A stretch of DNA of 64,000 nucleotides, from the IMG/VR virus record IMGVR_UViG_3300029922_000037; one strand, 5' to 3'. Position 1 is the stretch's first letter, and each line of letters starts with the position of its first letter. The notes beneath the pieces are model-generated. The model did not search any database. It was not told the origin of the DNA and saw nothing but the letters and a program-made list of their open reading frames with translations. Positions 57,841 to 64,000 of this stretch are shown here, piece by piece. The translations under genes were made by a program, and so were the position numbers. The DNA comes from an uncultured virus (IMG/VR IMGVR_UViG_3300029922_000037) (taxonomy: Duplodnaviria; Heunggongvirae; Uroviricota; Caudoviricetes).

Positions 57841-58451
57841 GCACGCCTTTTGATCGGCCACTTGTCGGATACCGTTTTGTCCTGACGCAGTACGGCGACA
57901 CGTTACTGTCCGTGGCCGCGCGCGAGCTCGGTGACGCCAGCCAGTGGTCGACCATCATCGCGCTCAATGGCATGGTCTATCCCTACCTGACTGACGACCC
58001 GGCAAAGGCCGGAACCGGCGTATTCCTAAATGGCGGCTACATCACCGTGCCGGGGAGCACGCCCGGGGCAGATACGAATGACCCCAATGCTGTTTTTGGA
58101 ACGGACATATTGCTGCAGAACGGGTTGCCGATATTCGTGAACGGGGATATTGGGACAGTAAGTGGCGTCCAAAATCTTAAACAGGCGCTCACAAATGCGC
58201 TCGACACCGATCAAGGTGAATTGCTTTTTCACCAGACTTACGGCACGGAAATAAGGAAACTTCTTGGGACGATGAATAACCATGCGGCTGTGCTGTTGGC
58301 CGCGCAATATGCGAGCGATACCGTATCGGCCGACCCCAGAATATCCAGTATCACCAGTTCAGTTGGGACGCTAGTCGGCGATGCAATTTCCGTTACTGTA
58401 ATTGCACCGACTGTGCAGGGCACTACGTCAAAAACCGGGATAACTTATTAG
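57837..58451 (+). CDS. LysM-like plus gp25/gpW baseplate protein
   Basis: GDTLLSVAARELGDA..W..I..LN; GELLFHQTYG, DPRI. Confidence 0.8.
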   Translation: MSTPFDRPLVGYRFVLTQYGDTLLSVAARELGDASQWSTIIALNGMVYPYLTDDPAKAGTGVFLNGGYITVPGSTPGADTNDPNAVFGTDILLQNGLPIFVNGDIGTVSGVQNLKQALTNALDTDQGELLFHQTYGTEIRKLLGTMNNHAAVLLAAQYASDTVSADPRISSITSSVGTLVGDAISVTVIAPTVQGTTSKTGITY

Positions 58452-58460
58452 GGATCGATA

Positions 58461-59606
58461 GTGGCATTCCAACTCAAAAATTTTGTTTCTATTGTTGCGT
58501 CGATGGTAAACCGCATGAAAGCGACGCAAACAAATTTGACCGACTTCAACATTGGTGCCGCTGGCCGCACGCTAGTGGAAGCGCCAGCGATTGAGATCGA
58601 CCAGCTTTACCAGCAGATGTTCAACGGACTCACGCAAGCGATTCCGGTAAGCGTTTTCCAATCATTCAATTTCCCGCCACTGTCAGCCATCGGGTCCAGC
58701 GGCACCATGACAGTTACCGTGGCAGCGTCGACGAACCCAATCATCATCTCGGCTGGGACGGTGTTCTCGGCGACGGCGACAGCTATCACATGGTCGTCGA
58801 CTGCCAGCGTAACCATACCGCCAAGCACTACCACGGTCAGCGTTCCCGTGACAGCTACTACCACTGGTTCATCCACGAATTTGGTTGCCGATGTAGCATT
58901 CACGATGACGCCTGCGCCGGTAGGATTTTCCAGCGCCACCAATTTGTCTCCGTTCGTGAATGGGCTCGATACCGAGACGCCGGCGGCCCAGCAAATCCGG
59001 TTCGCCGCATTCGTAAACTCGCTGCCGCGCGGGACCGTGGCGGCGCTGTACTATGCGATGACGCTTGCGAACGTGCAAGATGCCAACGGCAATATCATCG
59101 AGCAAGTGCGCTTGTCCAGCGTCGTCGAACCCTGGCTCACCGATGACACACAGCCTGTGAGTGTTGTGAATTGCTATATCCACAATGGCATCGGCAGCAC
59201 TTCCGTGGCATTGCAAACGAGCGTCAATAACGTGATCCTCGGCTATTATAATTCTTCCGGCGTAGCCGTTCCTGGGTACAAGGCCGCTGGCGTCAATGTG
59301 AACACTGTTATCGCGACCGAGGTAGCCGTGCCCGTGACTGGGGTCATTACGGCAGCGGCTGGCTATTCACTGACAGATCAGGTGATAAACGGCGTCACCG
59401 TTCCCGGGTTGGAGACGTTGGCCGCTGCCGCAATCACGTCCTATCTGATAGCGCTTGCCATAGGTCAATCCGCGATTGAAGCAGAGATCGTCGCGCTCGT
59501 GATGAACATCCCCGGCGTCTACAACTATGTCGGGAGCTTACCGGCAGCCGACGTAACGGCCACGGTGTCGCAAAAACTGATGCCTGGCACGATCACGTTG
59601 ACCTGA
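58461..59606 (+). CDS. baseplate J-like wedge protein
   Basis: TDFNIG..GRTLVEA, NGLDTET, SLPRGT, YKAAGV, IPGVYN. Confidence 0.88.
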   Translation: MAFQLKNFVSIVASMVNRMKATQTNLTDFNIGAAGRTLVEAPAIEIDQLYQQMFNGLTQAIPVSVFQSFNFPPLSAIGSSGTMTVTVAASTNPIIISAGTVFSATATAITWSSTASVTIPPSTTTVSVPVTATTTGSSTNLVADVAFTMTPAPVGFSSATNLSPFVNGLDTETPAAQQIRFAAFVNSLPRGTVAALYYAMTLANVQDANGNIIEQVRLSSVVEPWLTDDTQPVSVVNCYIHNGIGSTSVALQTSVNNVILGYYNSSGVAVPGYKAAGVNVNTVIATEVAVPVTGVITAAAGYSLTDQVINGVTVPGLETLAAAAITSYLIALAIGQSAIEAEIVALVMNIPGVYNYVGSLPAADVTATVSQKLMPGTITLT

Positions 59607-59607
59607 T

Positions 59608-60579
59608 ATGCAAATCACAAAAAAACTCATTGGCTATCTCAATCGAGTCTTTAAAAAAGACCCGTTGCCGTTCCTCGCGCTTGCTATTTCATATGCCGGA
59701 ACCAGTTTCACATGGTCTATAAAAGATGCTCCCGTCTATACAGCTATCTGGACCTGGGATGATGGGTCAACCACTTGGGATGATGGGTCAACCAATTGGG
59801 ATGGAATAAATAATGCCTATATTCCCAGCACGACATCTATTTTGACGATTACACCTATCGGTGGCAGCGGCACGACATTGGCGATCGATCTAAGCAAGTA
59901 CACTATTACCGGGCTCGCCGAATTCATCGCGACTCAGGCAGGGTATTCGGTTAGCTACACAAACTCGTCTGGCATGGCTGCCTTGAGCGCATTAGTGCTC
60001 ATCAATGGCAGCGGGTCGTCGACGCAACAAAATGGCGGCTTCCTTTACGGGTACACCAATTTTTGGTGGGCGTACATGGACGCATGCGCAGAAGAACTTG
60101 AGACCGCTCGGACACAAATCATCGCCATGCCGGCGCAAATGAATACGGTCAATGCCAATGGGTCATGGCTTGATTTTCTCGGAAATTTTTACGGTATCCC
60201 CAGAAATCAAGGCGAACTCGACCCGCAATACGGGCCGCGCATTATCGCGATGGTTATCAGGCCGCTTGGGAATAATATCGCTATCGCTGAAGCGTTGCGC
60301 GCCATCAACGGCGGTGGTGCCGTGACCGTCCCCGATTACCCGACGCTGACCAACAACAGCTACGGTCTTTTCGATGTGAATTTTTCAGCGAGTTTGGCGC
60401 TGTTGAGTGTGATGACACTTGGGGAAATCGAAACTTCCGTGCAAGCAATCGTGAATAAAATGCGCGATGCCGGCACATTTTTGCGCGTGCTGTCGGTTAT
60501 CAGCCCGATCGAAGGAACGACATATATTGGAGCCGCCGTCATTTCAGGCTGCACAACATACGTTTATCCGCCGCCGTGA
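59608..60579 (+). CDS. baseplate wedge protein
   Basis: ANGSWLDFLGNFYGIPRNQGELD..Y..RII. Confidence 0.75.
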   Translation: MQITKKLIGYLNRVFKKDPLPFLALAISYAGTSFTWSIKDAPVYTAIWTWDDGSTTWDDGSTNWDGINNAYIPSTTSILTITPIGGSGTTLAIDLSKYTITGLAEFIATQAGYSVSYTNSSGMAALSALVLINGSGSSTQQNGGFLYGYTNFWWAYMDACAEELETARTQIIAMPAQMNTVNANGSWLDFLGNFYGIPRNQGELDPQYGPRIIAMVIRPLGNNIAIAEALRAINGGGAVTVPDYPTLTNNSYGLFDVNFSASLALLSVMTLGEIETSVQAIVNKMRDAGTFLRVLSVISPIEGTTYIGAAVISGCTTYVYPPP

Positions 60580-60588
60580 CACCATAAT
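60575..60588 (+). promoter_or_regulatory. CGTGAY-N3-A-N3-T promoter motif
   Basis: CGTGACaccAtaaT upstream of the tail fibre gene. Confidence 0.55.
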
Positions 60589-60615
60589 TTCTTTAACAAA
60601 AAAGAACCCGCGACA

Positions 60616-61980
60616 ATGACCTATTCTGCCGTTTTGACAGTTGCCGGAGAGGCGCTCTACGCAGCCGCGCTGATGTCTGGTACGCCTATCGTCCTCTCTA
60701 CCATGTCCGTCGGCGATGGCGGCGGCAGTCCTATTGCTTCCCCGGATCCGACGCGCACGACGCTGGTTAATCAGGTCTACTCGACTACTATAAATGGGCT
60801 GTCGGTCGACCCATTAAATCCGAATTTGATGTGGGCACAGTTGAGTGTCCCGCCGACCGTTGGCGGCTTCACCGTACGTGAGGTGGGGGTATTCACATCT
60901 GGCGGGGTCCTATTCGCTATAGCAAATTACCCTGATACCATCAAGGCTGTGGCCGCCAGCGGCACTACATTGGATCTCGTCATCAATCTCGGGATGATAA
61001 TTTCCAATACGGCGCTGGTGACGGTGACGATCGACCCCAGCCTTGTCGGCGCCACACGGGCATGGGTTATCTCGACAATCACACCTGGGTACATTCTCCC
61101 CGGCGGGGCCCAGTATCAGATGCTACAGAAAAATTCATCTGCTGCCGGTGATTTCAGTTGGGCCGATCCGCAATCGCCGTGGCTGGCAACAGCGGCCACG
61201 ACTGGAGGTGTAGTCAATGTTTCTGCTCTGACGGCAAACAACAAGATCATCGAAGTAACGGGAGCGCTGACGGCAAATGTCACACTGACATTCCCTGCCG
61301 CCCCTGGCCGCTGGGTCGTAGTCAATGCCACAACCGGACCGTGGACCGTCACTGCCATTGCGCTTGGTGGTACCGGCGTACCCGTTGCGCAGGGAGCTGC
61401 CGACACAGTATTTTGCGATGGCTCGAACGTGCGTTATGCGCTGGCAGACGCGGTTACGCAGCCGCCAATGACTGGTACGACTGCCTTGGCGACGTGCGCC
61501 TATGCTGATGCCGCGACACCGTTTCGGTACGTTGTCCCGATCTTGTCGGGGTATGGCACCACGCCTGCATTTAAAAGCCAGGTCGGTGATACCTCTGTTT
61601 CGCAGTTTATCAAAGCCTATGCGATGGCTGTGTCTTGGTCGATGCCAGTCCTGTCTACGCTAAATCCCGCCAAGCCGTTGAAAATGCGGCTGCATTTTAC
61701 TGGGGATGTTGGTGCCGGAAATTTCTACCTGCAACTCGGGTATCAGATCTTCGCAAATGGACCGCTAGGGACTGTCGCATATACCAATGCCGTTGAATCT
61801 GTCGCGGCTCCAGCGACGGCAGGGAATTTGTCAAATTATTTGGCTGCTGTGATGGAGATACCGGCATCGACATTGGCATCACAGGATTTGGTAAACTTCG
61901 TTTTGACCAGACTCGCCGCCAACGGCGCCGATACAAATACTGGTGATTTCCAGTTGGTAAACATCACCATGGAGCAATAA
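60616..61980 (+). CDS. tail fibre protein (tail-collar-type N-terminus)
   Basis: LTVAG, VGDGGG, VGGFTVREVG, TIDPS..ATR.WV. Confidence 0.88.
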   Translation: MTYSAVLTVAGEALYAAALMSGTPIVLSTMSVGDGGGSPIASPDPTRTTLVNQVYSTTINGLSVDPLNPNLMWAQLSVPPTVGGFTVREVGVFTSGGVLFAIANYPDTIKAVAASGTTLDLVINLGMIISNTALVTVTIDPSLVGATRAWVISTITPGYILPGGAQYQMLQKNSSAAGDFSWADPQSPWLATAATTGGVVNVSALTANNKIIEVTGALTANVTLTFPAAPGRWVVVNATTGPWTVTAIALGGTGVPVAQGAADTVFCDGSNVRYALADAVTQPPMTGTTALATCAYADAATPFRYVVPILSGYGTTPAFKSQVGDTSVSQFIKAYAMAVSWSMPVLSTLNPAKPLKMRLHFTGDVGAGNFYLQLGYQIFANGPLGTVAYTNAVESVAAPATAGNLSNYLAAVMEIPASTLASQDLVNFVLTRLAANGADTNTGDFQLVNITMEQ

Positions 61981-61982
61981 CG

Positions 61983-63113
61983 ATGAGTATTTTACTCGGC
62001 AGCCAGAGTCCACAGCAACCTGCTATTTTCTTCCCGTTTTCAACCGTATACACGATCGTGATCGCTGGTATTTATCGGATATCTGCGCTTGGCGCTGGCG
62101 GCGCTGGTGGCATGGCATATACCAGCACTGGGACAGCGCAAGCCGCTGCGGGTGGTGGCGGCGGCGGCTTCTCTGAAATCGATGTCTTCCTACCATCTGG
62201 TACGGCTATCACTATTTCACCTGGAGTGGGTGGCGCCGGGGTTACGGCGACAAATGGTACTGCGGTAATTGGCAACGCCGGAACATCCACGACGGTGACT
62301 GCAACCGGGCTGTCGTTAACGGCAACCGGCGGCGGCGGTGGCGGCGCCAGTATTGTCTCTGGCACTCAGGTATACGGTGGCAGCGCAGGCACTGCATCGG
62401 GCGGCTCGAACAACCAAAGCGGGGGCAATGGCGGGGCTGCTCAAGCCACATCGACAAGTACCGGCGTAGCCCAAGCTGCGGCAGGCGGCGGCGCGGCGGC
62501 TACGCCTTTGGGCACGGGTGGCGCGGGCGGCGCGGCGCTGACATCAATCACGGGAACGTCGACATATTCAGCCAGCGGCGGCGGCGGCGGCGTGGGCGGT
62601 TTCGCTGGCGGTATGGCGACCGCAACTAGCGCGAGTTCTGCAACGGGCGGCGCGGGTACGGGAGGGGCGTCGGTGAACGCTACAAATGCTGTTGGTCTTG
62701 GTGGCGTCCCACGTTTGGGGTCATTCGGTGCGAGCACAAGCACCGTTGGCGCGGATGGTATTAGCCGTACCGTTACGCTCAGTGCTCAAAATTTAACAAT
62801 AGCTAGTGTGGGTTTTGAATCGTTGTTCGATCCGTGGCGCTCATTCACTGGCGGCGGCGGCAGCGGCGGAGCGAACCTCGGAACGAATGGAGGGCTTGGT
62901 GCTGGTGGGGGCGGCAGTGGGACTGGTTACTTTGGCGCTTGCGGCGGGACATGTGGCGGCGGCGGCGGTGGTTCGGGAGGCGGTGGGATTTCGGGAGGCG
63001 GTGGCGTTGGAGGTCTGGGCGGCTTTGGTGCTGGCGGCGGCGGCATGGCTGGAAACGGCGTCAAGAGCGGAGCCGGCGGCAACGGCATTGTTACGATCGA
63101 ACGAATCGGGTAA
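61983..63113 (+). CDS. glycine-rich tail fibre-associated protein
   Basis: GAGGAGG/GGGGGG repeats; GGNGIVTIE end. Confidence 0.85.
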   Translation: MSILLGSQSPQQPAIFFPFSTVYTIVIAGIYRISALGAGGAGGMAYTSTGTAQAAAGGGGGGFSEIDVFLPSGTAITISPGVGGAGVTATNGTAVIGNAGTSTTVTATGLSLTATGGGGGGASIVSGTQVYGGSAGTASGGSNNQSGGNGGAAQATSTSTGVAQAAAGGGAAATPLGTGGAGGAALTSITGTSTYSASGGGGGVGGFAGGMATATSASSATGGAGTGGASVNATNAVGLGGVPRLGSFGASTSTVGADGISRTVTLSAQNLTIASVGFESLFDPWRSFTGGGGSGGANLGTNGGLGAGGGGSGTGYFGACGGTCGGGGGGSGGGGISGGGGVGGLGGFGAGGGGMAGNGVKSGAGGNGIVTIERIG

Positions 63114-63122
63114 GGGGGCATC

Positions 63123-64000
63123 TTGAAAAAAATCATTATTTCAATTTTTCTGCTGATCGCATCGATCACTGCAGGAGCCGTTGGGTCAAGCGTTAACCCT
63201 TCTGAACCAGCTTTCAAAGAAAATCTGTCATCCGGCCCGATACGCTCAAATTTTGCTGCTGCTTATAGCGACATCAATAATATTTTTGGGCAATTCAATT
63301 CTGCGACAGCACCGGCCTCTCCATCAATCGGTAATCTCTGGCTAAACACTGCCGGAACTCCATATTCATTGGATGAATACGACGGCACGAGTTGGGTAAA
63401 TTTACTCGGAATCAATGCGTCGACGCATTTGCCTTTATTCCCAATTGCTGGCTTTCCTCTCGGGGCATCGGTCGGCAATCCCGGTACCGGCAAGATCGAA
63501 GCGCTATTGCCGCCATCGACTGTCACGCAGAGCAACTACGCCTTCGGCACCGCCGACCTGTTCAAAAAGACACGGCGCAGCAATGGCGGCACGGCGATGA
63601 CCGACACGCTGCCGGCAGCGGGCGCAACCGGATTGGCGAATGGGACGCAGATCAATATCGCTAACGTGGATGCAAGCGCAACCGACACCGTGACCGCTGG
63701 CAGCGGGACAACGATCGACGGAAGTTCGACGCTTGTGATTCAGCCAGGGCGCGATATCTGGCTGATTTACGATCTGGCGAACGCAGAATGGCGTGGAGCG
63801 GGGAATTCGAGGACGGCGGTTTTGTTTTCCGGCACGCCGCCTACCGCTTCGCAGCTTTGGGGTGGGTCGGCTACGCCTGGGAGTGGGGCGGCGGTTGCAG
63901 TCGGGAGTTGCCTGACGCTTTCCGGGGGCGTTCTTTCCAATAGCTGCGGCAGCACGTTTACCGGGCCAGGGTCGTCTACAAATGGATATCTCCCGCAATG
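63123..64000 (+). CDS. partial fibre-like protein with an N-terminal signal peptide (runs off the window)
   Basis: TTG start after GGGGG; MKKIIISIFLLIASITAGA; PASPSIGNLWLNT..YDGTSW; frame open to the window end. Confidence 0.75.
   Translation, partial: MKKIIISIFLLIASITAGAVGSSVNPSEPAFKENLSSGPIRSNFAAAYSDINNIFGQFNSATAPASPSIGNLWLNTAGTPYSLDEYDGTSWVNLLGINASTHLPLFPIAGFPLGASVGNPGTGKIEALLPPSTVTQSNYAFGTADLFKKTRRSNGGTAMTDTLPAAGATGLANGTQINIANVDASATDTVTAGSGTTIDGSSTLVIQPGRDIWLIYDLANAEWRGAGNSRTAVLFSGTPPTASQLWGGSATPGSGAAVAVGSCLTLSGGVLSNSCGSTFTGPGSSTNGYLPQ

Noticed and set aside
61983..63113. Diversity-generating retroelement or invertible tail fibre cassette
   Set aside because: Only low-complexity Gly codon runs; no reverse transcriptase, template/variable repeat pair or invertase in the window.

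Overview
A 64-kb segment of a large, GC-rich tailed phage (or phage-plasmid/prophage) with a contractile tail. No host housekeeping genes, integrase or CRISPR array are visible. Left part: accessory and early genes, two DNA methyltransferases, terminase, and two copies of an IS200/IS605 tnpB element (one complete, one lacking tnpA). Middle: portal, a tRNA/structured-RNA island, an intein-containing MuF-like head protein, and a cluster of probably capsid-packaged enzymes (zeta-like kinase, pyrophosphatase-like protein, DarB-like methylase-helicase, second SNF2 helicase). Right: prohead protease, scaffold, major capsid, neck, sheath, tube, chaperones, tape measure, baseplate and fibres. Most unusual observations: (1) an intact HNH endonuclease gene with its own leaderless promoter lies antisense inside the open frame of an amino-methyltransferase; (2) a CGTGAY-N3-A-N3-T promoter-like motif precedes about 13 mostly late genes, usually 6-7 nt from the ATG; (3) the TnpB lacks the RuvC-II glutamate, and one copy is immobilised and translationally coupled to a phage operon; (4) the enzyme cluster shares a hydrophobic-F-x-K-[S/A] tag; (5) two homologous iteron/IHF origin-like elements lie 33 kb apart; (6) there is a candidate large structured ncRNA; (7) the C5 methylase has a nested alternative-frame subunit. 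All assignments come from reading motifs by eye; no searches were run.
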